A stretch of DNA of 55,181 nt. Origin: a virus. Below are positions 1-9,383 of the stretch, piece by piece. The translations under genes and the position numbers were made by a program. The notes under the pieces are model-generated. The model ran no database searches, was not told the origin of the DNA, and saw nothing but the letters and a program-made list of their open reading frames with translations. Where the stretch lies: IMG/VR virus record IMGVR_UViG_3300020187_000002. The stretch is one strand, 5' to 3'. Position 1 is the stretch's first letter; each line of letters begins with the position of its first letter.

Positions 1-127
1 CAGCCATACATGCAAAGTACAACCTAGCCTTCAAAGCCGACAGCACTGAAGCAATTGCAGACAGAAGCATTGCGTTTAGCATTGGCACACACTCAGCGTT
101 TTACTCAAACGTAGCAGGCACAGTATT
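1..127. repeat. Terminal overlap: nt 1-127 are identical to nt 55055-55181 (circular closure, unit length 55,054 bp)
   Basis: Base-by-base comparison of both window ends. The fibre reading frame continues across the junction. Confidence 0.9.
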
Positions 128-686
128 TAACGACGGCGCTGCAAGCGCTGACTTCCGCGTTGAATCTGACAACAACGCAAGTATGCTGACCGTTGATGGT
201 AGTGCAGACTTAGTAACTATTTCTGGTGGGGCAAAAGTAACCAATGAGATATTAAGGGTTAACGGGGCGCAAGTAGTTGGATCGGGTGCCGCTGGTCTTT
301 ACGCTGTTGGTCTAAATCAGATTTTTGCCGCCTCCGCCGCCAAGTATTTAAGAATACAGCAAGACGGCAGTGTTTTCGGTGGTTTGACCATTACTGCTAC
401 AGGTGATTATAGCAATGTAAACGCAATAGGTTGTTTTACGAAGATATACAGTATTGGCGCAAATGGTTCCAATACTACGTTGTTTGGGGCGGGCAATATT
501 ACTGTTGCCGATTTAGGATCAACCTCTGGTCAATTTAGTATGGGAACGCCTACTAAACCAAACGGTACAACCATATACATTCCTCTGGTTAACCTAAACT
601 CAGACTACATACTTAATATGTCTTTAACGGTGGAATTTAGGGGTCGTATAGATGGGATTAGCGCAATTGATATAATTGCTCAATAA
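1..686 (+). CDS. Tail fibre protein, C-terminal part (continuation of 52339..55181 across the circular junction)
   Basis: Frame 3 is open from nt 3. The fifth 'ADFRVESDNNASMLTVDG' module begins upstream of the track ATG at 183. Stop TAA at 684-686. Confidence 0.8.
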   Translation, partial: AIHAKYNLAFKADSTEAIADRSIAFSIGTHSAFYSNVAGTVFNDGAASADFRVESDNNASMLTVDGSADLVTISGGAKVTNEILRVNGAQVVGSGAAGLYAVGLNQIFAASAAKYLRIQQDGSVFGGLTITATGDYSNVNAIGCFTKIYSIGANGSNTTLFGAGNITVADLGSTSGQFSMGTPTKPNGTTIYIPLVNLNSDYILNMSLTVEFRGRIDGISAIDIIAQ

Positions 687-718
687 CTTAACCAACTGTC
701 ATTAAAGGAGAAAGAAAC

Positions 719-1087
719 ATGGCAATTACAAATACATGGTCCATATCGGACATGCAAAGAACTGACTCGGACGGGGTTGTATTCCTCGTTTACTGGTCAA
801 TGGTAGCGCAGAGCGATGGCGATCCATCGTACACTGCTTCAGAAGGCGGAAAACTTCGCTGTGAAGGAGACCCTTCGTCTCCAGATTTTATTCCATACGC
901 TGATTTAACTGAGAACGATGTTCTTGGTTGGGTATACGACAGCTTGATCGAAGGCGACGAAACCGCTGCCGAAGCTAAAGCTCGCGTAGAAGCGGATCGG
1001 GATGCAAAGGTGCAAAAGCAAATTGATGCGGCTGCAACCACTGAATCTGGTGTGCCTTGGGTAACTGAAGCAGTACCAACTGAATAA
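719..1087 (+). CDS. Hypothetical acidic protein downstream of the fibre (possible fibre accessory)
   Basis: 122-aa ORF with RBS AAGGAG about 8 nt upstream, tightly packed after the fibre gene. Confidence 0.6.
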   Translation: MAITNTWSISDMQRTDSDGVVFLVYWSMVAQSDGDPSYTASEGGKLRCEGDPSSPDFIPYADLTENDVLGWVYDSLIEGDETAAEAKARVEADRDAKVQKQIDAAATTESGVPWVTEAVPTE

Positions 1088-1112
1088 CTTAACTTAAACA
1101 AGGAGACTTATA

Positions 1113-1349
1113 ATGGCGAAAAATGAAAATAAAACCATTACTGTCAACGATGTAGAACACAACATTGAAGACCTAACCGAGCAACAAGTTGCGATGGTTA
1201 ACCACATTGCTGATCTGGACAAGAAGCTAGGAAGCCTACGCTTTAATATGGATCAGCTAAACGTAGGCCGCGAGGCTTTTGTCAATATGCTCACAGCGTC
1301 TCTTGCTGAAGCGGAGAATGCTGAAGAAGCTGAAGTAGTGAACGGATGA
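1113..1349 (+). CDS. Small coiled-coil protein
   Basis: 78-aa ORF with RBS AGGAG upstream and heptad-like acidic sequence. Abuts the next gene. Confidence 0.55.
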   Translation: MAKNENKTITVNDVEHNIEDLTEQQVAMVNHIADLDKKLGSLRFNMDQLNVGREAFVNMLTASLAEAENAEEAEVVNG

Positions 1350-1350
1350 T

Positions 1351-3294
1351 ATGCCCTTACAAAAGTTACAGTTCAGGCCCGGAGTAAACAGAGAAACCAC
1401 TTCGTATACAAACGAAGGCGGTTGGTTTGACTGTGACAAAGTAAGGTTTCGTTTCGGCACCCCAGAAAAAATAGGCGGGTGGGAAAAGTATTCAGGCAAA
1501 AGCTTTTTAGGCACTTGCCGGGCAATAAAACCATTCGTTGCACTAGATGGCGCAAGCTATTTGGGTGTCGGAACGCATCTAAAATACTACATTAACGAAG
1601 GTGGTGGTTATAACGACATCACCCCTATTCGTGCGACAACTGCTGCGGGTGACGTAACGTTTGCCGCGGCCAACGGATCATCTACTTTGACTGTAGCTGA
1701 TACCAACCATGGCGCAAAAGAAAACGATTTTGTTACTTTTAGTGGCGCGGTAACACTTGGCGGTAACATAACTGCCGCTGTTCTTAATCAAGAGTATCAA
1801 ATATCTAGGATTATTGGCGATAACTCCTACGAAGTTTTGGCTAGAGAAGTTGCTTCGCTTAACGACATTACTATTAATGGCGCTTACAGTCCTACACTTG
1901 TTGTAGCTGATGGTTCCGATACCGGTAATGGCGGTAGTTCTATTGTAGGCGCTTACCAAATTCAATCCGGTTTGGATACGACCGTAGCCGGAACAGGCTG
2001 GGGCGCAGGCACGTGGTCACGTGGATCATGGGGTTCGGGTGCAAACTTGACTGCCGTAGGCGACATTTTGCGTATCTGGAGCCACGACAACTTTGGTGAA
2101 GACCTTATTATCAACGTTCGTAACGGTGGTATTTACTACTGGGACAAATCTACCAGTTCAGCGCCTTTTGCTCGTGCAGTAGAGCTTTCCTCACTGGCTG
2201 GCGCAGACTCGACTACGCCGACTATTGCTAAACAGGTCATGATTTCGGATCGTGACAGGCACGTCATCGTGTTTGGTTGTGATCCTCAAGACGATATTGG
2301 TGTGCAAGACCCACTACTTATTCGCTTTTCTGACCAAGAAAACCCTTTGGTTTGGTCTGCACAAGCAACTAATACGGCTGGTGATCTGCGGATCGGTACG
2401 GGTTCTGAAATAATCACGGCCCTCGAAACACGGCAACAAATACTGGTGTTTACCGATAAATCGCTACACGCCATGCAGTATTTAGGACCACCTTTCACGT
2501 TCGGTATCTCTATGATTTCCGAAAACATTACTATTGCCAGTCCTTTGTCAGCTATTGCGGTAGACGATATGGTGATGTGGATGGGTGAAGAAGAGTTTTA
2601 TATCTACACCGGGCAGGTGCAAAAGCTACCATGCTCTGTACGCGCTTACGTTTTCAACGATTTTAACCAAGATCAAGCTGAGAAAGTTACAGCAGCCGTA
2701 AATTCATCTTTTTCCGAGATATGGTGGTTTTATCCATCTGCAACGGTAACTAACGGCATAATTAACCAAGATATTGATAAATACGTCGTTTATAACTACC
2801 AAGAACAGGTTTGGTACTACGGTAACTTGTCCAGAACAGCGTGGATTGACCGAGGTATTGGCCAATATCCTATTGCAGCAAGCTCAGATGGCTACCTTTA
2901 CTACCATGAATTTGGCCAAGATGATGGCAGCGTAAACCCCCCAGCGGCTATTAGCTCTTATATAGAGAGTAGTCAAATGTCGATTGGTGCTGGAGACAAC
3001 TTTGTATTGTTGAGCAAACTTATTCCTGACGTAACGTTTGATGGATCAAGCTCACCTTCTCCAAACGTGGACTTTACCCTTGAAACTAGGCGTTTTCCGG
3101 GTGAAGAGTACACGCAAACAACAAACAGTAATGTAATTCGTACATCTACCGTGCCTGTAGAGCAGTTTACCAATCAGGTAAGGCTGCGTTTGCGGGGTCG
3201 TTCGTTTGCGTTAAAAATAGAATCAGACAATACAGGTGTTGAGTGGAGACTTGGAACACCGCGTGTTGAATTAAGACCGGATGGACGTAGATGA
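1351..3294 (+). CDS. Large tail structural protein (nozzle / tail-tubular-B-like, tentative)
   Basis: 647 aa. N-terminus 'LQFRPGVNRETTSYTNEGGW' resembles podoviral nozzle proteins from memory. Contains a 'GWGAGTWSRGSWGSG' motif. Confidence 0.5.
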   Translation: MPLQKLQFRPGVNRETTSYTNEGGWFDCDKVRFRFGTPEKIGGWEKYSGKSFLGTCRAIKPFVALDGASYLGVGTHLKYYINEGGGYNDITPIRATTAAGDVTFAAANGSSTLTVADTNHGAKENDFVTFSGAVTLGGNITAAVLNQEYQISRIIGDNSYEVLAREVASLNDITINGAYSPTLVVADGSDTGNGGSSIVGAYQIQSGLDTTVAGTGWGAGTWSRGSWGSGANLTAVGDILRIWSHDNFGEDLIINVRNGGIYYWDKSTSSAPFARAVELSSLAGADSTTPTIAKQVMISDRDRHVIVFGCDPQDDIGVQDPLLIRFSDQENPLVWSAQATNTAGDLRIGTGSEIITALETRQQILVFTDKSLHAMQYLGPPFTFGISMISENITIASPLSAIAVDDMVMWMGEEEFYIYTGQVQKLPCSVRAYVFNDFNQDQAEKVTAAVNSSFSEIWWFYPSATVTNGIINQDIDKYVVYNYQEQVWYYGNLSRTAWIDRGIGQYPIAASSDGYLYYHEFGQDDGSVNPPAAISSYIESSQMSIGAGDNFVLLSKLIPDVTFDGSSSPSPNVDFTLETRRFPGEEYTQTTNSNVIRTSTVPVEQFTNQVRLRLRGRSFALKIESDNTGVEWRLGTPRVELRPDGRR

Positions 3295-3584
3295 GTAGAG
3301 GCTTAGTACAACCACTATTCCCAAATGCCCCCTCTGATTACAATGCAGAGTATATGGCAGAGGTTACTCGTGCCTTCTCGGTTTTTCTACAACAAGTAAA
3401 CAACCCCGGTCCGTGGCAGGCGTCAGCTTTGACGTTGCCAAACTTACAGACCGACAACTATAACCTTCCTCTTGGTGGTATTTTTCAGTACGGCGATGAA
3501 TTGCGCATAACTGTAGCTAACAAGCCGTACCTGAGAGGATCACAAGCAGCGGGGGCCGTGGGTAACGTCACGGTGACAACATAA
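3291..3584 (+). CDS. Hypothetical virion-module protein
   Basis: 97-aa ORF with 4-nt ATGA overlap to the upstream gene. Confidence 0.55.
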   Translation: MSRGLVQPLFPNAPSDYNAEYMAEVTRAFSVFLQQVNNPGPWQASALTLPNLQTDNYNLPLGGIFQYGDELRITVANKPYLRGSQAAGAVGNVTVTT

Positions 3585-3817
3585 TGAGTGATGGAACAGT
3601 AATTAATATGCCGGATGGCAGCCAGTGGAAACCTTCCACTAGCACAGACATGGTACATTGTGCTAACTGTACTAATAAGGTAGATACTCCGGAGGAAATA
3701 GCGTCATATCCGAGCGGGAATTGCCCTGAATGTGGTTCTTCATGGACTGGAGGAGAGAACCGAAGTACAATAATACAGGTAACCATGCCTGAAAGCATTA
3801 CTGGTGGAGCGGGATAA
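3584..3817 (+). CDS. Small zinc-ribbon protein
   Basis: 77 aa with 'CANC...(20 aa)...CPEC' (2 x CxxC). Translationally coupled on both sides. Confidence 0.55.
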   Translation: MSDGTVINMPDGSQWKPSTSTDMVHCANCTNKVDTPEEIASYPSGNCPECGSSWTGGENRSTIIQVTMPESITGGAG

Positions 3818-5700
3818 TGGCAAAAGAAGCATTAATGGTTGAAGAAACCGAAGAATTAGAAGAACTGGAAGTCCCGACCGGTGGTATTGGCGATTTTGTC
3901 ATGGAAGATGACGAACTCGAAAAAGTTTACGGAGATGATTCCGAAGTCGATGCTAAAGAAGAGTTTGGTGACAACGGTATAGCACAATTTCCGGCGCTTG
4001 CAGAGCGCATGGCGAAGTATGGTCGAAACGAAGACAACATGCTGGCCCACGTTGCAGAGGGTGAATTAGTCATCCCCGCACAATTCCTCGAAGACGAGGT
4101 AATGAAGCAACGTATCTACGATATTCTTACAGAAGCCGGGGTTGAAGACCCTGAAGCTTATGTTGTTGGCGCAGAAGCTAACGATCTTAACCCTACGACA
4201 GGCCTACCTGAGTTCTTTTTGAAGAAACTATTCAAAGGAATTGGTAAGGCTATTAAAAAAGTGGTTAAGGCGGTTGTTAAAATCGTCAAAAAAGTCGCTC
4301 CTATTATCTTACCTATTGCATTGGCGTTCACGCCTCTCGGACCTATATACGGTGCGGCGCTTGGTTCAGGTATTGGAACACTTATAAACGGTGGTAGTAT
4401 AAAAGACGCTCTCAAGTCTGCACTTATATCTGGTGCTGTCGGTGGTGTCACTGCTGGTTTCACTGGAAACACGGGTTCCTTTACTGGAAACATTAGCGAA
4501 GCGGCTTCTGGATTTACTTCACGTGTGGGTCAAACGGTATCTGGATTTACTGAAGGTGCTACAAGCGGAAGCTTGGGAGGCTTTAAAGAGTCTTTCTTCT
4601 CTGATTATGTACCAACACCGGGTGCAGAAGTAGCTAAAGTAACGGAATCTGCGACTTCACTTGCATCTCAACCCATTCAGCAAGGCGATACTTTGAGTCA
4701 AATTGCTCAAGCAAACAACACTTCTGTTGACGCTTTGATGGCGGCTAATCCACAAATTACTGATCCAAACATGATTATTGCAGGCGAAAGCCTCAATATT
4801 CCGTCTGTAAGCGCAGGCGGCACGGCACAAACAGGAACTAAATTACTGGATACCGTAGTAGATACAGGTACGGACGCGGCAACCGAGTTGACCAAACCAC
4901 CCGGATTCTACGAAAGCGTTAAAGGCGCTTTGACACCGGGAGACGAAATTGGTTTTGGAGAAGGCATGAAAAACGCCTTCTTCCCCGAAAGCACTAGCGT
5001 AACTGATGTTTTAGATGCTCAAAAAATAAACCCAGTAAATGCAACCGCCGCTCAGTTAGAAGGTGCAAAGCTGGTTGCTTCTGAGTTAACACCTAATTTA
5101 CTTAGACGATACGGCCCCATGGCGGCGCTTGGAACGGCTGCGGCGACGGGTGCGGGCTTCTTTGAAGTACCTGAAATAGAGCAAGCTAACTTCTTAGACT
5201 ACAACCCTGACGGTACACCTACTACAGGTAGAGACCTGATCGACGCTGATCCCGGTAAGTACCTTGTACACAACTTAGGTCAGTTGCAGTTAAACCAAGA
5301 AACAGGTCAATATGAACCTGTTGCTAACGCAACGGCTTTTGAAGAAGAGGATTTAGTAGGTTACAACCCGCCTGAACAGGTAGCGGCATTACCTCCACTA
5401 AACCCACAAAATTACTTAACAGCTAGTACCCCCGGCGGACCTTTTGCACGACCTTACGTGACACAAGGATACCAATCTGCCGCAGATGGTGGACTCATCT
5501 TCCCGCGTCGCACAGGCGGCATAGCTCCTACTGAGGGTACTCCGGGTGAAGATAGCGTTCGAGCCATGTTGATGCCCGGTGAGTTTGTAATGACTACCGA
5601 TGCAGTACGTGGTTTAGGAAACGGAAATCTTAACAACGGAATCCAGAATATGTATTCAGTAATGCGTAATCTTGAGAGCCGTGGGAGGGCTACGGCGTAA
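3817..5700 (+). CDS. Virion/ejection-type protein with LysM peptidoglycan-binding domain
   Basis: 627 aa. 'IQQGDTLSQIAQANNTSVDALMAANPQITDPNMIIAGESLNIP' is a canonical LysM. Lys-rich amphipathic plus hydrophobic segment at aa ~135-200. Confidence 0.75.
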   Translation: MAKEALMVEETEELEELEVPTGGIGDFVMEDDELEKVYGDDSEVDAKEEFGDNGIAQFPALAERMAKYGRNEDNMLAHVAEGELVIPAQFLEDEVMKQRIYDILTEAGVEDPEAYVVGAEANDLNPTTGLPEFFLKKLFKGIGKAIKKVVKAVVKIVKKVAPIILPIALAFTPLGPIYGAALGSGIGTLINGGSIKDALKSALISGAVGGVTAGFTGNTGSFTGNISEAASGFTSRVGQTVSGFTEGATSGSLGGFKESFFSDYVPTPGAEVAKVTESATSLASQPIQQGDTLSQIAQANNTSVDALMAANPQITDPNMIIAGESLNIPSVSAGGTAQTGTKLLDTVVDTGTDAATELTKPPGFYESVKGALTPGDEIGFGEGMKNAFFPESTSVTDVLDAQKINPVNATAAQLEGAKLVASELTPNLLRRYGPMAALGTAAATGAGFFEVPEIEQANFLDYNPDGTPTTGRDLIDADPGKYLVHNLGQLQLNQETGQYEPVANATAFEEEDLVGYNPPEQVAALPPLNPQNYLTASTPGGPFARPYVTQGYQSAADGGLIFPRRTGGIAPTEGTPGEDSVRAMLMPGEFVMTTDAVRGLGNGNLNNGIQNMYSVMRNLESRGRATA

Positions 5701-8700
5701 TGGCTGAACAATCCACACAGATAGTCCGCGAAGCACCGGAAATTGAGGCTTATAAACTAGGCCTCTTACAATCTGCAAAAGCTCTCGCTGACCAAGGACA
5801 AACTATTCCGCCCTATATGGTCGCGGAAATGTCCGGCCTACAAATCAAGGCAACTGAATTAGCAGAAGCCGGTATTGGCGGGTATCAACCTTATTTAGAA
5901 GAAGCTGGTTTTACCCTTGGCGACGCACAATCCGCCATGGGCAGTGTTATGACAAATGCCAAGCCTTTCCAAGACGAAGCGTCAGCACTTATGACCGCAG
6001 GCGCGGCTAACATACCCGGACAGATTGAAGCGGCACAAACAGGGATTGCTGGTGCTATTACTGCGGGCGGCACGGCAACGACCGCCGCACAAAATGCTTT
6101 GGATGCCGCCGCACTGGGCGGTAGAACAGCAGCGGGCGGAGGTCAAACTGCTCTTGGTACTGCCGCAGCTAACATTCCCGGCGTAATTTCAGGTGCTGAA
6201 TCTGCTAATACCGCGGCCAATGCGTTGGCCCTTCAAGCGGCTAATCGTGCCGCTGAAACAGGTACAAGAGATACATTAGGTACTCAACTCGCCGCCGCTG
6301 ACCTAGCTTCCCGAAACTTGGCTTCTACCGCTGGACAAGCTGGTGTACTGCAAGCTGGTGCGGCACAAACAGGTTTAGATGCAGCGGCTTTAGCCGCGCA
6401 ACAGACCGCTACTGCGGGTCAAACCGGGCTTAATGCTGCCACTTTAGCCGGACAACAAACTGCCACTGCGGGTCAAACCGGGCTTAATACCGCCGCTCAA
6501 GAAGCTTTAAATGCTAGGGCACTTGCCCAACAAAGCGGTCAGGATTTAGGAACGGTAGCGGCTAATGCAAGACAACAAGCTCTTACTGGACAAACCGATT
6601 TAGGGTCTGCCGCTGGGACTGCGCAAGAACAAGCTCGTGCCGCGGGCGCGGGAGCGCAAGCATCGGCTCTACAATCAGGTACAGATTCTGCTGCTGCAAT
6701 TGCAAACGCACGTCAAGCCGTTACTGGCGCTGGTGCAGGTCTTACACAAGCAGGTATTGGTGGTTTACAAGCAGCACAAGAAGCAGGCACTGCTACAAAC
6801 GCAGCCATTCAGGCCGCACGAAATCAAGCGGCTGGTGGACAACAAGCTCTTGGCGCAGCCGGGTTAGCCGGTGCAGATGCTGCTGCTCAAGCAGGACTAG
6901 GTGCAAGACTAGGTGCGGCTGGAACGGCGGCAGGTTTAGGTGGTGTATCCGATGCAGCACGGCTCGCGGCTCAACAAACAGGTGCAGGTGTAGCGGGTGC
7001 TACCGATGCAGCACGGCTCGCGGCCCAACAAGCTAGTCAGGGTTTAAGTGGTGTAAGTGGACAAGCTAGAACAGACGCACAAGCTGCTGGTGCTGGCGGA
7101 ATAGGCGCTTATGAAAGAGCTATTGGAGGAATTGATGATGTTGCGACAGCGGCTAGAAATGTTGCAGGACAAGCTAGATCAGGTGGACAAACAGCAGCAC
7201 AACAGGCGGCACAGCAGACTCAAACCGCAATCTCCGGCGCTAGGGGCATCACATCCGATGCTGCACAAGCTTTACAACAAGCCGGAGCATTAGGAACACA
7301 AACTGCTCAATCAGGTATTGCTGGTTTAGCCGGTACTACGGGTGCATACGATCCTGCTTCGGCTGGTTCGTTTATGAATCAATATGAAGATGCCGCCGTT
7401 CAGCAAGCTTTAGCGGATATTCAACGTGCGGGTAATATTCAGCAGCAGCAAGTTGGCGCACAAGCAGTTGGCGCTGGTGCCTTTGGCGGATCACGTCAGG
7501 CGGTAGCTGAACAAGAATTACAAAGAAACATACTGGAACAGCAGGGTCGTACCGCTGCCGGTATGCGTCAACAAGGCTTTGAAAGTGCTTCACAAAGAGC
7601 GCAACAAGCCTTTGAATCACAACAAGCTAGGGCTCAACAAGCCGCACAACTTACTGGCGCACTGGGGGCGCAAGGTTCTCAGGCAGGTATGGCCGCGGCT
7701 CAAGCCGCTGGTACACTAGGTTTGTCTGCGGAAGAACTTGCGGCACGAACAGCACAACAGCAAGGTCAATTGGGACTATCTGCCGAGCAATTGGCAGCTA
7801 CAACAGGTATGTCCGCAGAACAGTTGGCGCAGCAGGGTTTAACTCAAAGCGGTCAATTAGGACTGTCAGCGTTTGGTCAGCAAGGTCAATTGGCGCAAGG
7901 TGCAAGTCAGTTAGCGTCTTCAAACTTGGCTCAAGCGGGTCAGTTGGGTATGTCTGCCGAGCAAATGGCACAGCAAGGTGCTTTAAACGTAGGACAACAA
8001 GCATTGTCCGCGGAACAGCTTGCCGCCTCAAACTTGGCTCAATCAGGCCAGTTAGGTCAATCTGCCGAGCAATTAGCCGGTCAGCTTGGTATGTCTTCTG
8101 CTCAATTGCAGGGTCAGTTAGCTGGACAAGCCGCTCAAATGGGTATTTCTACAGAGCAATTAGCCGGTCAGTTGATTAATCAACAGGCTCAAACAGGACT
8201 TTCAGCACAACAATTACTCGCATCGACCTCACAGCAAGCAGGTCAGTTAGGCTTATCCGCTGAACAATTAGCAGCGACCACGGCTCAACAACAAGCTCAA
8301 ACAGGTATATCTGCACAACAATTAGCGGGTCAGCTTGGTATTAGCGCATCACAGTTAGAAGGCCAATTGGCTGGACAAGCTGCGCAGATGGGTATTTCAG
8401 CCGAACAGCTTGCGGGTCAGTTAATTAATCAACAGGCTCAGACAGGAATGTCGGCTGAACAGCTTATTACGCAATCTGGACTATCCGCCGCGCAACAGGG
8501 CGCTCAACTTGGAATGCAGGCAGCACAACTCGGTCAATCTGGAGCGCAGCAAGGCGCTCAAATGGGCCTAAATGCAGCACAATTAGCACAGGCAAGCGCA
8601 CAGCAAGGCGGTCAGATGGGTCTAGCGGCTCTGAATCAGGCCGGTCAGTTAGGTTTAAGTGCAGAGCAAATGGCGTCAGCCAATGCAAACGCACTGGCTA

Positions 8701-9383
8701 CAACAGGTATGAACCTACAATCGCTTGCGGCACAAACAGGCATGAGTGCAGCGCAGTTAGCTGGTCAATTAGGCCAACAAACAGGCGCGTTAGCCATGCA
8801 GGGTGTAAACCAGCAGGCGGACATTGCAAACAGAGCCGCACAACTTGGTATATCTGCCGAACAATTGGCGGGTCAGTTGGCCAGTCAATCTGGTCAGTTG
8901 GGTCAAAGCCAAGCACAAATGGCTATGCAGGGTTCACAAGCAGGTGGGGCGCTTGGTTTACAAGGCTCCGAGCTACAAGGCCGAATGGGCGAAGGTATCG
9001 CGGGTCTTGGAACAAGTTACGGTCAGCTTGCGCTTCAGCAAGGTGAAGGACTTAGCCAACTTGGCTTACGTCAAGGCGCTCTTGGCGAACTACAACAAAA
9101 TCTGGGTCAGAAAGAAGCAGGCTTTATCTTCGATGTTGGTAAGCAACAGCAAGCACAAGATCAGGCGGTTCTGGAAGCTACTCGTAAGACAGAAGTCGAG
9201 CAAATGTACGAGCCTTACCAGCGTGTAGGTTTCTTATCTGACATATATAAAGGTGCGCCGTCTAGTCAGATGGCCATATCACAGCAATCTGGCGGAAGTG
9301 TATCACCGGCTCAATCAATATTGGGCTTGGGTGTAGCGGGCTTGTCGGCAGCGGCAGGTGCTAAATCAGCGGGGTTATTTTAA
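5700..9383 (+). CDS. Giant Ala/Gln/Gly-rich repeat protein (internal/ejection protein; tape-measure-like composition)
   Basis: 1227-aa ORF with dozens of 'G(M/L)SAEQLA(G/A)Q' units, an 83-aa internal duplication, and non-repetitive N- and C-termini. Confidence 0.7.
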   Translation: MAEQSTQIVREAPEIEAYKLGLLQSAKALADQGQTIPPYMVAEMSGLQIKATELAEAGIGGYQPYLEEAGFTLGDAQSAMGSVMTNAKPFQDEASALMTAGAANIPGQIEAAQTGIAGAITAGGTATTAAQNALDAAALGGRTAAGGGQTALGTAAANIPGVISGAESANTAANALALQAANRAAETGTRDTLGTQLAAADLASRNLASTAGQAGVLQAGAAQTGLDAAALAAQQTATAGQTGLNAATLAGQQTATAGQTGLNTAAQEALNARALAQQSGQDLGTVAANARQQALTGQTDLGSAAGTAQEQARAAGAGAQASALQSGTDSAAAIANARQAVTGAGAGLTQAGIGGLQAAQEAGTATNAAIQAARNQAAGGQQALGAAGLAGADAAAQAGLGARLGAAGTAAGLGGVSDAARLAAQQTGAGVAGATDAARLAAQQASQGLSGVSGQARTDAQAAGAGGIGAYERAIGGIDDVATAARNVAGQARSGGQTAAQQAAQQTQTAISGARGITSDAAQALQQAGALGTQTAQSGIAGLAGTTGAYDPASAGSFMNQYEDAAVQQALADIQRAGNIQQQQVGAQAVGAGAFGGSRQAVAEQELQRNILEQQGRTAAGMRQQGFESASQRAQQAFESQQARAQQAAQLTGALGAQGSQAGMAAAQAAGTLGLSAEELAARTAQQQGQLGLSAEQLAATTGMSAEQLAQQGLTQSGQLGLSAFGQQGQLAQGASQLASSNLAQAGQLGMSAEQMAQQGALNVGQQALSAEQLAASNLAQSGQLGQSAEQLAGQLGMSSAQLQGQLAGQAAQMGISTEQLAGQLINQQAQTGLSAQQLLASTSQQAGQLGLSAEQLAATTAQQQAQTGISAQQLAGQLGISASQLEGQLAGQAAQMGISAEQLAGQLINQQAQTGMSAEQLITQSGLSAAQQGAQLGMQAAQLGQSGAQQGAQMGLNAAQLAQASAQQGGQMGLAALNQAGQLGLSAEQMASANANALATTGMNLQSLAAQTGMSAAQLAGQLGQQTGALAMQGVNQQADIANRAAQLGISAEQLAGQLASQSGQLGQSQAQMAMQGSQAGGALGLQGSELQGRMGEGIAGLGTSYGQLALQQGEGLSQLGLRQGALGELQQNLGQKEAGFIFDVGKQQQAQDQAVLEATRKTEVEQMYEPYQRVGFLSDIYKGAPSSQMAISQQSGGSVSPAQSILGLGVAGLSAAAGAKSAGLF
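8079..8467 (+). repeat. Internal 249-nt-period duplication inside the 1227-aa gene
   Basis: 8079-8218 and 8328-8467 encode 'GQLG(M/I)S..QL.GQLAGQAAQMGIS.EQLAGQLINQQAQTG.SA.QL' with high nucleotide identity. Confidence 0.8.

Noticed and set aside
183-686. Track ORF 183..686 as an independent 167-aa gene
   Set aside because: The frame is open all the way from nt 3. The conserved 'ADFRVESDNNAS' module starts upstream of the ATG at 183. The sequence is simply the 3' end of the wrap-around fibre gene starting at 52339.
6637-9228. Alternative-frame + ORFs inside the Ala/Gln-rich gene (6637..6867, 7111..7293, 8824..9228)
   Set aside because: They are frame artefacts of low-complexity GC[ATCG]/CA[AG] repeats. 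The main frame is continuous over 1227 codons with coupled neighbours.
5700-9383. Calling the 1227-aa protein a tail tape measure, which would make the phage a siphovirus
   Set aside because: No major tail/tube protein and no chaperone pair with a slippery frameshift lies upstream. The gene sits after the fibre and nozzle-like genes among other giant ORFs. I keep this as an alternative and did not adopt it.
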